Notes: generated from the sequence alone by a model not told the origin. Shown: positions 46,508-59,374, counted from the stretch's first letter. The stretch: 64,000 nt of DNA from Cryomorphaceae bacterium (GCA_021298655.1 JAJTFK010000002.1:3378-67377), one strand, 5' to 3'. A program made the numbers and translations.

Positions 46508-47139
46508 TGGAAGTTCGTATTCTCAATCAGCAAGGTAAGGAAACTGGCCGCACGGCTCAGTTGAACGACGAGATCTTCGGCATCACGCCCAACGATCACG
46601 CCATGTACCTCGACGTAAAGCAGTACTTGGCCAACCAGCGCCAGGGAACGCACAAGTCCAAGCAGCGTGCCGAAATCGCACGTACAACCAAGAAGCTGCA
46701 CAAGCAAAAGGGTACCGGTGGTGCCCGCCACGGCAGCATGAAGTCTCCGTTGTACCGCGGTGGTGGTCGCGTATTCGGCCCCATCCCCCACGACTACGGC
46801 TTTAAGCTTAACAAAAAGCTGAAGTTGGTTGCGCGCAAGTCGGCCTTGAGCCAGCTGGCGGCCTCAAATCAGATCCTGGTCGTTGATCAGATTGCGATGA
46901 CGGCGCCGAAGACTAAAGACTACGGAGTGATTCTCAAGGCATTAGGTCTCGAGGGCAAGAAATCCACGGTAGTATTGGCTGAACCGAATAATTCAGTATA
47001 TTTGTCGTCCCGCAATTTTGAGGGCTCAAAAGTTGTAATTGCTTCTGAATTAAGCACTTACGCAATTTTGAACGGTGGCACACTGGTCTTAGTAGAGCCT
47101 TCGATTGCGAAAATTGAAACTGCCTTAACGGCCAAATAG
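46507..47139 (+). CDS. rplD: 50S ribosomal protein L4
   Basis: Contains KQKGTGGARHGS and sits in the canonical S10-operon position. Confidence 0.96.
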   Translation: MEVRILNQQGKETGRTAQLNDEIFGITPNDHAMYLDVKQYLANQRQGTHKSKQRAEIARTTKKLHKQKGTGGARHGSMKSPLYRGGGRVFGPIPHDYGFKLNKKLKLVARKSALSQLAASNQILVVDQIAMTAPKTKDYGVILKALGLEGKKSTVVLAEPNNSVYLSSRNFEGSKVVIASELSTYAILNGGTLVLVEPSIAKIETALTAK

Positions 47140-47141
47140 TG

Positions 47142-47435
47142 ATGGAACAGATTCTCATTCGCCCGGTTCTCACCGAGAAAGCGACTGCCTCAGCAGAGGG
47201 AGCGAATCGCTACACATTTGTCGTAGACAAAAAAGCCAATAAGGTTCAGATCAAAAAGGCGGTAGAAGCGGCATACAAGGTGAACGTGGAGAACGTACGC
47301 ACCATGATTGCCCCTGCTAAGCGCATTGTACGCTACACCAAAGCCGGCATGATGGAAGGTCGCAAGCCTTCGGTCAAGAAAGCGGTAATTGAGGTGCGTG
47401 CTGGTGAAACAATTGATATCTACGCTAACCTCTAA
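47142..47435 (+). CDS. rplW: 50S ribosomal protein L23
   Basis: ATG 47142; the track start 47139 is GTG. Contains ILIRPVLTEKA. Confidence 0.95.
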   Translation: MEQILIRPVLTEKATASAEGANRYTFVVDKKANKVQIKKAVEAAYKVNVENVRTMIAPAKRIVRYTKAGMMEGRKPSVKKAVIEVRAGETIDIYANL

Positions 47436-47438
47436 GTC

Positions 47439-48263
<825 letters not shown>

Positions 48264-48265
48264 TC

Positions 48266-48544
48266 ATGGCACGTTCGCTTAAAAAAGGTCCCTACATCCA
48301 TTTCAAGCTCGAGAAGCGCGTAATGGAGAACGTGGAGTCAGGAAAGAAGACGGTGATCAAAACATGGTCACGCGCCTCAATGATTAGCCCAGATTTCGTC
48401 GGCCAAACCATTGCGGTTCACAACGGCAAGACGTTCGTTCCGGTTTATGTTACCGAAAACATGGTAGGCCACAAGCTTGGAGAATTTGCTCCGACGCGTG
48501 TGTTCCGTGGCCATGCGGGTAAAAAAGATAAAGGCAAAAAGTAA
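48266..48544 (+). CDS. rpsS: 30S ribosomal protein S19
   Basis: Contains [11 protein letters not shown] and [11 protein letters not shown]. Confidence 0.97.
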   Translation: MARSLKKGPYIHFKLEKRVMENVESGKKTVIKTWSRASMISPDFVGQTIAVHNGKTFVPVYVTENMVGHKLGEFAPTRVFRGHAGKKDKGKK

Positions 48545-48550
48545 TTAGCG

Positions 48551-48973
48551 ATGGGAGCTCGTAAAAAGAACCGCGCCGACGCGATCAAAGAGGCACGCCG
48601 CAGTGTAGCAATGGCTTCACTGAACAACTGCCCAACTTCGCCGCGCAAGATGCGCCTGATGGCTGACCTCATTCGTGGAATGGAAGTCGCCAAAGCGCTG
48701 TATGTCCTAAAGCACAGCAGCAAAGAGGCGTCGATTCGCCTTGAGAAGTTGCTGCTTTCTGCCTTGAGCAACTGGCAGGCCAAGAATCCGGAGGCTTCGG
48801 TCGACGCAGGGCTTGTAGTTCAGAGCATTTCGGTTGACGGAGGCCGTATGCTGAAGCGCATCCAACCCGCACCGCAGGGCCGTGCCCACCGTGTGCGCAA
48901 GCGCTCTAACCACGTTACCCTGGTTGTGGGTCGTGTTGCCGAAGAAGGTTCAACTAGCTCTGAAAACGCCTAA
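48551..48973 (+). CDS. rplV: 50S ribosomal protein L22
   Basis: Canonical position. Contains [14 protein letters not shown] and [19 protein letters not shown]. Confidence 0.95.
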   Translation: MGARKKNRADAIKEARRSVAMASLNNCPTSPRKMRLMADLIRGMEVAKALYVLKHSSKEASIRLEKLLLSALSNWQAKNPEASVDAGLVVQSISVDGGRMLKRIQPAPQGRAHRVRKRSNHVTLVVGRVAEEGSTSSENA

Positions 48974-48975
48974 TC

Positions 48976-49740
48976 ATGGGACAAAAAGCAAATCCTATTG
49001 GCAACCGCCTAGGCTACATCCGCGGATGGGAGTCGAACTGGTACGGCGGCCGCAACTACGGCGACAAAATCGCTGAAGACGCTGCCATCCGCAAGTACCT
49101 CTACGCTCGCCTCAGCCGCGCAAACGTTTCGCGCATCATCATCGAGCGCACCCTCAAGTTGGTCACCGTCACGATTGCCACGGCCCGTCCGGGTGTCATC
49201 ATCGGTAAGGGTGGCCAGGAGGTTGACAAGCTTCGCGAGGAGCTCAAGAAGCTTTCAAAAAAGGAGGTTCAAATCAACATCCATGAAATCAAGCGCCCTG
49301 AGCTTGATGCCAAGTTGGTTGCCGACAGCATTGCACGCCAGATTGAAGGCCGTATTTCCTTCCGCCGCGCCGTCAAAATGTCCATGGGTAGCACCATGCG
49401 CATGGGTGCCGAAGGCATTAAGGTTCAGTTGAGCGGACGTTTGAACGGTGCGGAAATCGCTCGTTCCGAGAAGTTCAAGGAAGGCCGCACCCCGTTGCAC
49501 ACCTTCCGCGCGGACATCGACTACTACATTTCTGAGGCCCACACCACCTACGGTCGCATCGGCATCAAGGTATGGATCATGAAGGGCGAAGTCTACGGAA
49601 AGCGCGACCTCAGCAATGTTCTTGGCCAAACCAAGCGCGTAGGCGCTGGTGCGGGAACCGGAGCACCGGCTGGCGGCGGTAACGACCGCGGCGGACGTCG
49701 TGAGCGTCGTCGCCCGAATAACAACAACCGTAAAGCGTAA
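48976..49740 (+). CDS. rpsC: 30S ribosomal protein S3 (basic, Gly-rich C-terminal tail)
   Basis: Contains [13 protein letters not shown] and a KH-domain region. Confidence 0.97.
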   Translation: MGQKANPIGNRLGYIRGWESNWYGGRNYGDKIAEDAAIRKYLYARLSRANVSRIIIERTLKLVTVTIATARPGVIIGKGGQEVDKLREELKKLSKKEVQINIHEIKRPELDAKLVADSIARQIEGRISFRRAVKMSMGSTMRMGAEGIKVQLSGRLNGAEIARSEKFKEGRTPLHTFRADIDYYISEAHTTYGRIGIKVWIMKGEVYGKRDLSNVLGQTKRVGAGAGTGAPAGGGNDRGGRRERRRPNNNNRKA

Positions 49741-49745
49741 TAGCC

Positions 49746-50168
49746 ATGCTTCAGCCTAAAAAGACTAAGTACCGCAAAATGTTCAAGGGCAAGATGAAGG
49801 GCACCGCTCAGCGCGGAGCCACCTTGGCCTTCGGTTCCTACGGAATTAAGTCCCTCGAGGAGGTTTGGATGACCGCACGCCAGATTGAGGCCGCGCGTAT
49901 CGCCGCTACCCGCTACATGAAGCGCGAAGGACAGCTCTGGATTCGCATCTTCCCGGACAAGCCGATCACCAAGAAGCCTCTTGAGGTTCGTATGGGTAAG
50001 GGTAAAGGTGCCGTGGAATACTGGGCAGCTGTAGTTCGTCCCGGACGCATGCTGTTTGAACTGGACGGGGTACCCGAGGATATTGCCAAGGAAGCCCTCC
50101 GCCTGGCCGCGCAGAAGTTGCCGGTTAAGACCAAGTTCGTGGTTCGTCGTGATTTGGTAAACGCTTAA
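49746..50168 (+). CDS. rplP: 50S ribosomal protein L16
   Basis: Contains [11 protein letters not shown] and RMGKGKG. Confidence 0.97.
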   Translation: MLQPKKTKYRKMFKGKMKGTAQRGATLAFGSYGIKSLEEVWMTARQIEAARIAATRYMKREGQLWIRIFPDKPITKKPLEVRMGKGKGAVEYWAAVVRPGRMLFELDGVPEDIAKEALRLAAQKLPVKTKFVVRRDLVNA

Positions 50169-50181
50169 TGTACGTATAGCC

Positions 50182-50373
50182 ATGACTACTGCAGAATTAA
50201 AGAAATTGAGCTCCGAAGAGGTTGGTACCCAGTACCGCAACCTGAAGACGGAACTGCTTGACCTTAAGCGCAAGCACCGCTTGAGCCCGCTTGAGAACCC
50301 CATGCGCATTGCTGCGCTCCGCAAGGATGTAGCACGCTTGGCAACTGAATTGACCCAGCGTTCTAAGAATTAA
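50182..50373 (+). CDS. rpmC: 50S ribosomal protein L29
   Basis: 63 aa, helical, canonical position between rplP and rpsQ. Confidence 0.92.
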   Translation: MTTAELKKLSSEEVGTQYRNLKTELLDLKRKHRLSPLENPMRIAALRKDVARLATELTQRSKN

Positions 50374-50377
50374 TACG

Positions 50378-50638
50378 ATGGAAAACCAACGCAATCTGCG
50401 CAAAGAGCGCATCGGGGTAGTAACCTCGTCGGCCATGGACAAGACCGTTACGGTCAACGTTTCACGCCGCGTGAAGCACGGGATGTACGGCAAGTTCGTC
50501 ACCTTCTCGAAGAAGTTCCACGCTCACGATGAGACGAACGACTGCAATAAGGGCGACACCGTTCGCATCATGGAAGTGCGTCCGCTTTCGAAAACGAAGA
50601 AGTGGCGTGTTGTTGAAGTTATTGAGCGCGCTAAGTAA
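50378..50638 (+). CDS. rpsQ: 30S ribosomal protein S17
   Basis: Contains [19 protein letters not shown] and HDETN. Confidence 0.95.
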   Translation: MENQRNLRKERIGVVTSSAMDKTVTVNVSRRVKHGMYGKFVTFSKKFHAHDETNDCNKGDTVRIMEVRPLSKTKKWRVVEVIERAK

Positions 50639-50645
50639 TTAAAAG

Positions 50646-51014
50646 ATGCTACAGACTGAATCTCGGCTCCGCGTTGCGGACAATACCGGCGCCAAAGAAG
50701 TTTTGGTGATTCGCGTACTCGGCGGCACGCGCCGTCGCTACGCCTCGGTGGGTGATACCATTGTGGTTACGGTGAAGGACGCAACTCCTTCGGGTAACGC
50801 AAAGAAGGGTACGGTTTCAAAGGCCGTAGTCGTTCGCACAACCAAGGAAATTCGCCGTCCGGATGGATCATACATCCGCTTTGACGACAACGCCTGTGTT
50901 CTGCTGAACGCGGCGGGTGAAATGCGCGGAACCCGTGTATTTGGCCCAGTAGCTCGTGAGCTGCGCGACAAGCAGTACATGAAGATTGTTTCACTAGCAC
51001 CTGAAGTGCTTTAA
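50646..51014 (+). CDS. rplN: 50S ribosomal protein L14
   Basis: Contains [18 protein letters not shown]. Confidence 0.98.
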   Translation: MLQTESRLRVADNTGAKEVLVIRVLGGTRRRYASVGDTIVVTVKDATPSGNAKKGTVSKAVVVRTTKEIRRPDGSYIRFDDNACVLLNAAGEMRGTRVFGPVARELRDKQYMKIVSLAPEVL

Positions 51015-51026
51015 TCGCCTACGACG

Positions 51027-51344
51027 ATGGCAAAGTTTCACATTAAAACCGGGGACACCGTAGTAGTGATCGCTGGTGCCCACAAGGGAGCGCAGGGCAA
51101 GATTGTCCGCATGATCCCGAAGCAGCACCGTGCGATTGTAGAAGGTGTAAATCTGGTGACGAAGCACCTCAAGCCCAGTGCGACGAATCCGCAGGGTGGT
51201 TTAGAAAAAGTTGAGGCTCCGCTTCACGTTTCAAACCTCATGCTGTTGGACGGCAAGGGCAACGCTACCCGCACGGGAATCCGCGTGGAAGCAAATGGCA
51301 GCAAAGTTCGCGTAGCGAAAAAAACCGGCGAAGTAATTAAGTAA
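51027..51344 (+). CDS. rplX: 50S ribosomal protein L24
   Basis: Contains the KOW motif [21 protein letters not shown]. Confidence 0.95.
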   Translation: MAKFHIKTGDTVVVIAGAHKGAQGKIVRMIPKQHRAIVEGVNLVTKHLKPSATNPQGGLEKVEAPLHVSNLMLLDGKGNATRTGIRVEANGSKVRVAKKTGEVIK

Positions 51345-51883
51345 TGGAACCGAATCTTAAAAAGAAGTACCTCGGTCAGGTCGTTCCGGCCATGATGGAG
51401 CAGTTTTCGTACACGAACCACATGCAGGTTCCGCGCTTGCAGAAAATTGTACTGAGCCAGGGCCTTGGAGCCGCCGTTTCAGACAAGAAGTTGATCGAGT
51501 ACGCCATCGAAGAAATGTCGACGATTGCCGGTCAAAAGGCGGTTGCGACCAAATCCAAGAAGGACATTTCGAACTTCAAGCTCCGCAAGGGAATGCCGGT
51601 TGGCGTGCGCGTAACGCTTCGTGGCGAGCGCATGTTCGAGTTCTTTGAGCGCCTTCTGGTTTCGTCGTTGCCCCGCATCCGCGATTTCCAAGGTCTGAAA
51701 GACGGTTTTGACGGACGTGGAAACTACACGTTTGGCATCACGGAGCAAATCATCTTCCCGGAGATTGAAATTGACAAGGTGAACCGTATTTCGGGCATGG
51801 ACATCACGTTCGTGACCTCGGCCAACACCGACAAGGAGTGCAAGGCACTGCTGCAAAACTTTGGAATGCCTTTTAAGAAGTAA
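51344..51883 (+). CDS. rplE: 50S ribosomal protein L5
   Basis: Contains [20 protein letters not shown]. Confidence 0.97.
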   Translation: MEPNLKKKYLGQVVPAMMEQFSYTNHMQVPRLQKIVLSQGLGAAVSDKKLIEYAIEEMSTIAGQKAVATKSKKDISNFKLRKGMPVGVRVTLRGERMFEFFERLLVSSLPRIRDFQGLKDGFDGRGNYTFGITEQIIFPEIEIDKVNRISGMDITFVTSANTDKECKALLQNFGMPFKK

Positions 51884-51886
51884 GTC

Positions 51887-52156
51887 ATGGCAAAAGAATC
51901 AATGAAAGCGCGCGAGCGCAAGCGTGAAGCACTGGTAGCGAAGTATGCTGCAAAGCGTGCCGCACTGAAGGAAGCGGGAGACTACGACGCGCTTCAAAAG
52001 CTTCCGAAGAACGCATCGCCGGTGCGCCTCCACAACCGCTGCAAGCTTACGGGTCGTCCCCGCGGCTACATGCGCCAGTTTGGAATTTCGCGCGTGACCT
52101 TCCGCGAAATGGCCCTCAACGGCCTGATCCCGGGTGTGAAGAAGAGCAGCTGGTAA
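51887..52156 (+). CDS. rpsN: 30S ribosomal protein S14 (long, non-zinc type)
   Basis: 89 aa. Contains [19 protein letters not shown] and the C-terminal KKSSW. Confidence 0.95.
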   Translation: MAKESMKARERKREALVAKYAAKRAALKEAGDYDALQKLPKNASPVRLHNRCKLTGRPRGYMRQFGISRVTFREMALNGLIPGVKKSSW

Positions 52157-52177
52157 CCTCAATAGAACGAATTAGTT

Positions 52178-52576
52178 ATGTATACTGATCCCATTGCAGA
52201 TTTTTTGACGCGCATTCGCAACGGAGCGAAGGCTGGTCACGCAGTTGTTGAGGTTCCCAACAGCAAGATGAAGGCCGAGATTGCCCGCATCCTGATGGAC
52301 CAGGGCTTCATCAAGAGCTTTAAAGTAGACGAAGTTGGTCCCCAAGGCCTTCTTAAGGTTGCGCTTAAGTACGACAAAGCGTCGAAGCGTTCGGTGATTC
52401 GCGGTATTGATCGCGTTTCGCGTCCGGGTTTGCGCAACTTCAAGGGCAGCGGCGAGCTTCCGCGAGTTAAAAACGGACTGGGTATCGCCATCGTGAGCAC
52501 GTCACACGGAATGATGACCGACAAGGAAGCACGTACCCAGAACGTGGGTGGTGAAGTAGTTTGTGTTGTTTACTAA
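52178..52576 (+). CDS. rpsH: 30S ribosomal protein S8
   Basis: Contains TDPIADFLTRIRNG. Confidence 0.97.
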   Translation: MYTDPIADFLTRIRNGAKAGHAVVEVPNSKMKAEIARILMDQGFIKSFKVDEVGPQGLLKVALKYDKASKRSVIRGIDRVSRPGLRNFKGSGELPRVKNGLGIAIVSTSHGMMTDKEARTQNVGGEVVCVVY

Positions 52577-52585
52577 GGATTAGTC

Positions 52586-53140
52586 ATGTCACGAGTTGGT
52601 AAATCCCCCATCACCATTCCCGCGGGCGTCGAGCTTTCGATTGCCGGGAACGTGGTTACCGTTAAAGGCAAGCTTGGCACTTTAACGCAAGAAATTAATC
52701 CCGAGATCAGCCTCGAGCGCGAAGGCGACGTACTGACCGTAGTTCGTCCTTCGGATCACAAAGACCACCGTGCCCAGCACGGCCTCTACCGTGCGCTGAT
52801 CCAGAACATGATTGTTGGTGTTTCTCAAGGTTTCGCAAAGAACCTCGAGCTCGTAGGTGTGGGTTACCGCGCTTCGCACCAAGGCCAGAATTTGGAACTT
52901 TCACTGGGTTACTCGCACATTTTCGTGCTTCAGGTGCCCAACGAAGTAAAGCTGAATACGGTGTCGGAAAAAGGTAAGAACCCGATTGTGGAACTTGCTT
53001 CGTTCGACAAGCAGCTCCTTGGAGCCGTCGCGTCAAAAATTCGCAGCCTTCGCAAACCCGAGCCGTTTAAGGGCAAGGGGGTACGCTACGTAGGTGAAAT
53101 TGTTCGCCGTAAGGCAGGTAAATCAGGTGCTAAGAAGTAA
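52586..53140 (+). CDS. rplF: 50S ribosomal protein L6
   Basis: Contains SRVGKSPITIPAGVE and PEPFKGKGVRY. Confidence 0.97.
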   Translation: MSRVGKSPITIPAGVELSIAGNVVTVKGKLGTLTQEINPEISLEREGDVLTVVRPSDHKDHRAQHGLYRALIQNMIVGVSQGFAKNLELVGVGYRASHQGQNLELSLGYSHIFVLQVPNEVKLNTVSEKGKNPIVELASFDKQLLGAVASKIRSLRKPEPFKGKGVRYVGEIVRRKAGKSGAKK

Positions 53141-53146
53141 TAAACT

Positions 53147-53503
53147 ATGGCAACAAAATCGTTAACTCGTCGCGAGCGCATTCACCTCCGTGTTCGCAAG
53201 GTGGTGGAAGGCACTCCCTCACGTCCTCGCCTCGCGGTGTTCCGTTCGAGCAAGGAAATTTATGCGCAGATCATCGACGACCTTTCGGGCGTAACGCTTT
53301 GTGCAGCTACGTCACTCAAGAAGTCGGGCCGCGAAGTAAGCGGTTCGAAGCTGGATCAGGCGCGCCAGGTTGGTAAGCTCATTGCCGAGATGGCCAAGGC
53401 CAAGGGTATTGAGTCGGTATCGTTTGACCGTGGTGGTTTTCTGTACCACGGACGTGTAAAATCATTGGCGGAGGGTGCTCGCGAGGGTGGCCTGAATTTC
53501 TAA
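53147..53503 (+). CDS. rplR: 50S ribosomal protein L18
   Basis: Contains [20 protein letters not shown] and [13 protein letters not shown]. Confidence 0.96.
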   Translation: MATKSLTRRERIHLRVRKVVEGTPSRPRLAVFRSSKEIYAQIIDDLSGVTLCAATSLKKSGREVSGSKLDQARQVGKLIAEMAKAKGIESVSFDRGGFLYHGRVKSLAEGAREGGLNF

Positions 53504-53510
53504 GACTGTT

Positions 53511-54029
53511 ATGAAAGAGACTGCATCTAAAAAAGTTAAGCCGAGTGGCTTGGAGCTTGTTGACCGCCTGGTAGGTGTTCAGCGCGTTACGAAGACCACC
53601 AAGGGCGGACGCACGTTCAGCTTCACGGCCATTGTCGTGGTAGGTGATGAGAACGGCATCGGTGGCTACGGCTTGGGCAAATCCAAAGAAGTCAGCGAAG
53701 CGGTTACCAAGGGTATCGAGGACGCCAAGAAGAATTTGTACAAGTTCCACATTCTCAAGGGAACGGTTCCCCACGAGCAAGACGGCAAGTTTGGAGGCGC
53801 ACGCGTATTCCTTCGTCCGGCATCGCACGGTACCGGGGTAATTGCCGGGGGTGCCATGCGCGCCGTATTGGAGAGCGTAGGCGTTCACGACGTACTTGCC
53901 AAGAGCAAGGGTTCGTCCAATCCGCACAACTTGGTTAAGGCTACGTTTGAGGCGCTTCACCTGATGCGCGACGCCAAGCAGGTTGCAAAGACCCGCGGTA
54001 TTGGGGTAGATAAAGTGTTCAACGGTTAA
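53511..54029 (+). CDS. rpsE: 30S ribosomal protein S5
   Basis: Contains [24 protein letters not shown]. Confidence 0.97.
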   Translation: MKETASKKVKPSGLELVDRLVGVQRVTKTTKGGRTFSFTAIVVVGDENGIGGYGLGKSKEVSEAVTKGIEDAKKNLYKFHILKGTVPHEQDGKFGGARVFLRPASHGTGVIAGGAMRAVLESVGVHDVLAKSKGSSNPHNLVKATFEALHLMRDAKQVAKTRGIGVDKVFNG

Positions 54030-54040
54030 TATTCGAGTCC

Positions 54041-54226
54041 ATGGCACGTATTAAAGTCACTAAGGTTCGCAGCACGATCGATCGTCCGCCGTACCAAAAA
54101 GCCACGATGACCGCCCTGGGACTTCGCAAGATGAACCAGACCGTGGAGCACGAGGCTACGCCCCAAATCCTGGGAATGGTTCGCGCCGTGAACCACTTAG
54201 TTAAAGTTGAAGAAGTAAACGCCTAA
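54041..54226 (+). CDS. rpmD: 50S ribosomal protein L30
   Basis: 61 aa. Contains IKVTKVRSTIDRP and LGLRKMNQTV. Confidence 0.94.
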   Translation: MARIKVTKVRSTIDRPPYQKATMTALGLRKMNQTVEHEATPQILGMVRAVNHLVKVEEVNA

Positions 54227-54231
54227 TTATC

Positions 54232-54696
54232 ATGGCAGCATTGCACGAACTTAAGCCTGCTCAAGGAGCAGTTAAGACCAAGAAGCGCCTCGGAAGGGGA
54301 GAAGGTACCGGTAACGGCGGCACTGCCGGAGCTGGTCACAAGGGTCAGAAGGCTCGCACGGGCTACAGCAAGAAAATCGGTTTTGAGGGCGGACAAATGC
54401 CCCTTCAGCGCCGCGTTCCGAAGTTCGGTTTCAAGAATCCGAACCGTGTTGAATTCCGTGCCATCAACCTCGATGTATTGGAGCAACTGGCTACTACCCA
54501 CAACGTGAAGGAGATCAGTCCGATCGAGTTGGTTCAGTTTGGCTTGGCCGGAAAGAACGACTTGATCAAAGTTCTCGGTCGCGGCGAAGTGAAGACCGCC
54601 TTGACGCTTCGTGTTCACAAGGTTAGTCAGTCTGCGGCCGCTGCCATTGCTGCTGCCGGCGGAAGCGTAAGCCTGCTACAAGAAGTAAGCGCGTAA
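54232..54696 (+). CDS. rplO: 50S ribosomal protein L15
   Basis: Contains RLGRGEGTGNGGTAGAGHKGQKAR. Confidence 0.96.
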   Translation: MAALHELKPAQGAVKTKKRLGRGEGTGNGGTAGAGHKGQKARTGYSKKIGFEGGQMPLQRRVPKFGFKNPNRVEFRAINLDVLEQLATTHNVKEISPIELVQFGLAGKNDLIKVLGRGEVKTALTLRVHKVSQSAAAAIAAAGGSVSLLQEVSA

Positions 54697-56030
54697 TGAA
54701 AAAGCTCATCGAAACCTTTAAGAATATCTGGGCCATCCAGGAGCTGCGTGATAAGATCACGCTGACTGCGGGATTGATCCTTGTGTACCGCTTGGGTTCG
54801 AACGTGGTATTGCCCGGTATTGATCCGTCGAGTTTGGATCAGCTGCAGAACCAGGCTTCTGAAGGTTTAGTTGGCTTAATTAACGCCTTCTCCGGCGGTG
54901 CATTTGCCAATGCGTCGGTGTTGGCCTTGGGAATCATGCCCTACATCTCGGCATCCATTTTCATGCAGCTGGCGGGCCTCGCGGTTCCGGCCATCAGCAA
55001 GATGCAAAAGGAGGGAGAGTCAGGACGCCGCAAGCTGAATCAGATCACGCGCTACCTGACGATTTTGGTCGTAGCTGCTCAAGCACCGGGGTACATCACC
55101 AACCTGATGTATCAGGGCGTTCAGGTAACCTTGCCGACGGAACTTTTTTGGTTCAGCGCATGGATTACCCTGATTGCCGGCACCATCTTCGCGATGTGGT
55201 TGGGTGAGAAGATCACCGACAAGGGCATTGGAAACGGTATTTCCTTGCTGATCATGATCGGTATTATTGCCTCGTTCCCGCAGTCCTTCCTTCAGGAGTT
55301 GGTAACCCAGTTGAGTCCCGCGGGCGGAGGCTGGATTGTCTTCCTGCTGGAGATGGTCGCGCTCTACTTGGTAATTCTTTTCGCCATTGCCCTTACGCAG
55401 GCGGTACGCCAAATTCCCCTTGAATACGCCAAGCGCGTGGCGGGCGGCAGTTCCAAGTCGCTTGGTCGCAGCTACCTGCCCATCAAGGTGAACGCCTCGG
55501 GAGTTATGCCCATCATTTTTGCGCAGGCGCTAATGTTCATTCCGTTGACGGTTGTTCAGTACGCCGGACTGACCGGTGAGGGCACCTCGTGGATGGTCGA
55601 CCTGTTCGGTAACATTCAGGGCTTTTGGTACAACTTCGTGTTTGTCACCTTGATTCTCGTGTTCACGTACTTCTACACGGCGATTCAAATCAATTCGACC
55701 CAGATGTCCGACGATTTGACGCGCAACGGCGGATTTATTCCGGGCGTGAAGCCGGGAGCGGACACGGCTCGCTTCATTGACGACGTTTTGGCGAAGATTA
55801 CCCTACCTGGCGCACTCTTGCTTTCGGGTATTGCCATTCTGCCTGCCGTACTCATGAATTTTGGCGTGAGCATGACGTGGGCGCAGTTTTACGGCGGTAC
55901 TTCACTGCTGATTATTGTGGGTGTAGTCCTTGACACGCTGATGCAGGTTGAGAGCTACTTGTTGAACCGCCACTACGATGGCTTGATGGACGGTGGTCGC
56001 ATCCGCGGCCGTAATCCGGAATCAATCTAA
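54696..56030 (+). CDS. secY: Preprotein translocase subunit SecY
   Basis: 444 aa with 10 TM segments. Contains [16 protein letters not shown]. Confidence 0.97.
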   Translation: MKKLIETFKNIWAIQELRDKITLTAGLILVYRLGSNVVLPGIDPSSLDQLQNQASEGLVGLINAFSGGAFANASVLALGIMPYISASIFMQLAGLAVPAISKMQKEGESGRRKLNQITRYLTILVVAAQAPGYITNLMYQGVQVTLPTELFWFSAWITLIAGTIFAMWLGEKITDKGIGNGISLLIMIGIIASFPQSFLQELVTQLSPAGGGWIVFLLEMVALYLVILFAIALTQAVRQIPLEYAKRVAGGSSKSLGRSYLPIKVNASGVMPIIFAQALMFIPLTVVQYAGLTGEGTSWMVDLFGNIQGFWYNFVFVTLILVFTYFYTAIQINSTQMSDDLTRNGGFIPGVKPGADTARFIDDVLAKITLPGALLLSGIAILPAVLMNFGVSMTWAQFYGGTSLLIIVGVVLDTLMQVESYLLNRHYDGLMDGGRIRGRNPESI

Positions 56031-56034
56031 ATCT

Positions 56035-56250
56035 ATGTCGAAGCAAGGCGCGATAACCCAAGACGGTACGATCACCGAGAACCTTTCGAACGCGATGTTT
56101 CGCGTGGAATTGGAGAACGGTCATGTCGTAACGGCACACATCTCCGGTAAAATGCGGATGCACTACATCAAGCTTTTGCCCGGTGACCGAGTGAAGTTGG
56201 AGTTGTCTCCGTATGATTTGACCAAAGCACGAATTGTTTACCGCTACTAA
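56035..56250 (+). CDS. infA: Translation initiation factor IF-1
   Basis: I moved the start to ATG 56035; 71 aa. Contains [22 protein letters not shown]. Confidence 0.95.
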   Translation: MSKQGAITQDGTITENLSNAMFRVELENGHVVTAHISGKMRMHYIKLLPGDRVKLELSPYDLTKARIVYRY

Positions 56251-56272
56251 ACTGAAGTTTTAATCGCAACCG

Positions 56273-56389
56273 ATGAAAGTTAGAGCATCCCTCAAAAAGC
56301 GCAGCGCGGACTGCAAAATTGTCCGCCGCAAAGGCCGCTTGTACATCATTAACAAGAAAAATCCGAAGCTCAAGCAGCGTCAGGGCTAA
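56273..56389 (+). CDS. rpmJ: 50S ribosomal protein L36 (single-Cys, zinc-independent form)
   Basis: Absent from the ORF track because it is under 60 aa. I read it directly as [38 protein letters not shown], with TAA at 56387-56389. Confidence 0.93.
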   Translation: MKVRASLKKRSADCKIVRRKGRLYIINKKNPKLKQRQG

Positions 56390-56407
56390 TCCAATCCGAA
56401 TAGAATA

Positions 56408-56785
56408 ATGGCACGTATTGCAGGTATTGACCTCCCCCGGAACAAGCGCGGTGAAATCGGCTTGACCTACATCTACGGAATCGGTCGCTCCAAAGCGAAA
56501 GAGATTCTGACCACCGTTGGCGTTGACGTCAACATCAAGGTGCAGGATTGGACTGACGAGCAGCTCCAGCTGATTCGCGATTTCATCACCGGAAGCATGA
56601 AGGTGGAAGGTGAGCTTCGTTCAGAGGTTTCGATGAGCATCAAGCGCCTGATGGATATCGGTTGCCAGCGCGGCATCCGCCACCGTCTGGGATTGCCGTT
56701 GCGCGGTCAGCGTACCAAGAACAACAGCCGTACTCGTAAGGGTAAGCGCAAGACGGTAGCAAACAAGAAGAAGGCAACTAAATAA
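56408..56785 (+). CDS. rpsM: 30S ribosomal protein S13
   Basis: Contains [14 protein letters not shown]. Confidence 0.97.
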   Translation: MARIAGIDLPRNKRGEIGLTYIYGIGRSKAKEILTTVGVDVNIKVQDWTDEQLQLIRDFITGSMKVEGELRSEVSMSIKRLMDIGCQRGIRHRLGLPLRGQRTKNNSRTRKGKRKTVANKKKATK

Positions 56786-56804
56786 GCATTAAGCGTTAGA
56801 AGCG

Positions 56805-57206
56805 ATGGCAAAACAGAATACGAAATCCGCTAAGACTACAAAAAAGCGGAAGGTTAAGGTGGAGTCGGTGGGCGAAGCGCACATCAGCACTACGTTCAAC
56901 AACATCATCATTGCGTTGACGAATACCCAGGGTCAAGTGATCTCGTGGTCTTCGGCGGGTAAGATGGGCTTCCGCGGTTCCAAAAAGAACACGCCGTACG
57001 CCGCTCAGGTTGCTGCAGAGCAAGCTGCTGGCGTTGCGATGGAGGCTGGTCTCCGCAAGGTGAAGGTTTACGTCAAGGGTCCGGGCAACGGCCGCGAGAG
57101 CGCCATTCGCAGCTTGGCCAACACGGGTATTGAGGTTACGGAAATCGTAGATATCACCCCAATCCCGCACAACGGTTGCCGTCCCCCCAAGCGCCGCCGC
57201 GTATAG
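56805..57206 (+). CDS. rpsK: 30S ribosomal protein S11
   Basis: Contains [18 protein letters not shown] and [13 protein letters not shown]. Confidence 0.97.
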   Translation: MAKQNTKSAKTTKKRKVKVESVGEAHISTTFNNIIIALTNTQGQVISWSSAGKMGFRGSKKNTPYAAQVAAEQAAGVAMEAGLRKVKVYVKGPGNGRESAIRSLANTGIEVTEIVDITPIPHNGCRPPKRRRV

Positions 57207-57232
57207 TAATTAGTTAAAAGAAGCAGAAAGAA

Positions 57233-57841
57233 ATGGCACGTTACCGAGGTCCTGTTACGAAAATCGCCCGTCGTTTTGGCGAACCCATCTTTGGTCCGGA
57301 TCGCTCACTGGATAAGCGCAACTACCCCCCGGGGCAGCACGGCTTCCAGCGCAAGCGCGGAAAGAAGAGCGAATACTCCGTTCAGCTTGCAGAAAAGCAG
57401 AAGGCCAAGTACACCTACGGAATTTTGGAGCGCCAGTTCCGAATCATGTTTGATCATGCTTCGCGTTCTAAGGGCATTACCGGTGAGGTGCTGCTTCAGC
57501 TTTGCGAGCGCCGTCTCGACAACGTCGTGTACCGCTTGGGTATTGCGCCGACGCGTCGTGCCGCCCGCCAGCTTGTTACGCACTGCCACATTACGGTTAA
57601 CGGCGAGGTGCTGAATATCCCTTCGTACTCCGTTACGCTGAACGACGTGATTGCCGTTCGCGAGCGCTCGAAGTCACTGGAAGTTGTTTCCAACAGCCTC
57701 GGGTCAAACCGTGCAGATCAGTACCCCTGGATGCAATGGAATGCTGCTACGATGAGTGGCAAAATGCTCAGCGTTCCTTCGCGCGATATGATCCCGGAGA
57801 ACATCAAGGAGCAGTTGATTGTCGAACTCTACTCGAAATAA
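57233..57841 (+). CDS. rpsD: 30S ribosomal protein S4
   Basis: Contains [16 protein letters not shown] and an S4 RNA-binding domain. Confidence 0.97.
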   Translation: MARYRGPVTKIARRFGEPIFGPDRSLDKRNYPPGQHGFQRKRGKKSEYSVQLAEKQKAKYTYGILERQFRIMFDHASRSKGITGEVLLQLCERRLDNVVYRLGIAPTRRAARQLVTHCHITVNGEVLNIPSYSVTLNDVIAVRERSKSLEVVSNSLGSNRADQYPWMQWNAATMSGKMLSVPSRDMIPENIKEQLIVELYSK

Positions 57842-57844
57842 ATT

Positions 57845-58837
57845 ATGCCGATTCTTCCTTTTCAAAAGCCTGACAAGGTTCACGTCATTTCGACGTCCGA
57901 TAACCTTGGTCAGTTTGAGTTCCGCCCCTTGGAACCTGGCTTCGGCCTAACCGTTGGCAACGCACTTCGTCGGGTTCTTTTGAACTCGCTCGAGGGCTTC
58001 GCCTTCACCAGCGTGCGCATTCAAGGCGTTGAACACGAATTCTCGACCATTAAGGGAGTGGTGGAAGATGTCACGGAGATGATCCTCAACCTCAAGCAAG
58101 TCCGCTTTAAGCGCCAAATTGAGGGTACTGAGGGAGAAACCGTTAAGGTGGTAATCTCCGGCAAAGACGCCTTCAAGGCGGGCGATTTGTCGGCCTTCCT
58201 GACCAACTTCCAGGTTTTGAACCCTGACTTGGTGATTTGCAACATGGACTCGTCCATCAAGCTTGAGCTGGAATTCACCATTGAAAAAGGTCGTGGATAC
58301 GTTCCGGCTGAAGAGAACAAGAAGGTAGATGCCCCCGTAGGAACCATCTTCATGGATTCGATTTACACGCCGATGAAGAACGTCAGCTTCGACGTGGAGA
58401 ACTTCCGTGTGGAGCAAAAGACCGACTTCGAAAAGTTGATCTTGAACATCGAGACCGACGGATCGATTGCCCCCATGGACGCCCTTACGGAGTCTGCGCA
58501 AATCCTGATTCAGCACTTCCTGCTCTTCACCGACGACCGCATGGTTGCCGAGGCCGAGGTGGCTGTTGAGGCGGAAGCGTACGACGAAGAGGTGCTGGAG
58601 ATGCGCAAACTACTCCTTCGCCCGCTGACGGAGCTTGAGTTGAGCGTTCGCGCGCTGAACTGCCTGAAAGCCGCCGAAGTAGAGCTGGTTTCGGACCTTG
58701 TTTCGTACACGAAGCAGGACCTGATGAAGTTCCGCAACTTCGGTAAGAAGTCACTCACCGAACTGGAAGAGCTCGTGGCACGCCTCGGCCTCACGTTCGG
58801 AATGGATGTAACCAAGTACAAACTCGATAAAGAATAA
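57845..58837 (+). CDS. rpoA: DNA-directed RNA polymerase alpha subunit
   Basis: 330 aa. Contains [14 protein letters not shown] and the C-terminal domain [11 protein letters not shown]. Confidence 0.97.
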   Translation: MPILPFQKPDKVHVISTSDNLGQFEFRPLEPGFGLTVGNALRRVLLNSLEGFAFTSVRIQGVEHEFSTIKGVVEDVTEMILNLKQVRFKRQIEGTEGETVKVVISGKDAFKAGDLSAFLTNFQVLNPDLVICNMDSSIKLELEFTIEKGRGYVPAEENKKVDAPVGTIFMDSIYTPMKNVSFDVENFRVEQKTDFEKLILNIETDGSIAPMDALTESAQILIQHFLLFTDDRMVAEAEVAVEAEAYDEEVLEMRKLLLRPLTELELSVRALNCLKAAEVELVSDLVSYTKQDLMKFRNFGKKSLTELEELVARLGLTFGMDVTKYKLDKE

Positions 58838-58840
58838 GAC

Positions 58841-59350
58841 ATGCGTCACGGCAAGAAATTCAATCACTTAGGACGTACGGCTTCGCACCGCAAGGCGATG
58901 CTGAGCAACATGGCGGCATCGTTGATTACGCACAAGCGCATCAATACGACCTTGGCCAAGGCCAAAGAGCTGAAGAAGTACGTGGAGCCGTTGGTTACGC
59001 GTTCAAAGACCGACAGCACCCACAACCGCCGCATGGTGTTCTCATACCTGCAAAACAAGGAGGCCGTAACGGAGCTCTTCCGTGAAGTTGCGGTTAAAGT
59101 TGGTGACCGCCCCGGAGGGTACACGCGCATCATCAAGACGGGCAACCGTCTAGGCGATAACGCGGAGATGGCCATGATTGAGTTGGTTGATTTCAACGAA
59201 ATCTACTCCAACGCCAAGAAGGAAGCCAAGAAGAACACGCGCCGTAGCCGCGCCAAGGTGGCCGCTCCGGCTGCCGCTGCGCCGGCCGCTGAAGTGGCTC
59301 CGGAAGCTCCGGAAGTTGCGGAAAACACCGAATCGAACGACGCGGAATAA
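58841..59350 (+). CDS. rplQ: 50S ribosomal protein L17 (Ala/Pro/Glu-rich C-terminal tail)
   Basis: Contains [21 protein letters not shown]. Confidence 0.96.
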   Translation: MRHGKKFNHLGRTASHRKAMLSNMAASLITHKRINTTLAKAKELKKYVEPLVTRSKTDSTHNRRMVFSYLQNKEAVTELFREVAVKVGDRPGGYTRIIKTGNRLGDNAEMAMIELVDFNEIYSNAKKEAKKNTRRSRAKVAAPAAAAPAAEVAPEAPEVAENTESNDAE

Positions 59351-59374
59351 ACCGTGTTTGGCTCGTACTTTGCA

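Noticed and set aside
56273-56389. Zinc-less L36 (single Cys) and long S14 as a sign of zinc-starvation paralogues
   Set aside because: These are the only copies at the canonical operon positions, and this form is, as far as I recall, the normal one in Bacteroidota. It is not an accessory paralogue switch.
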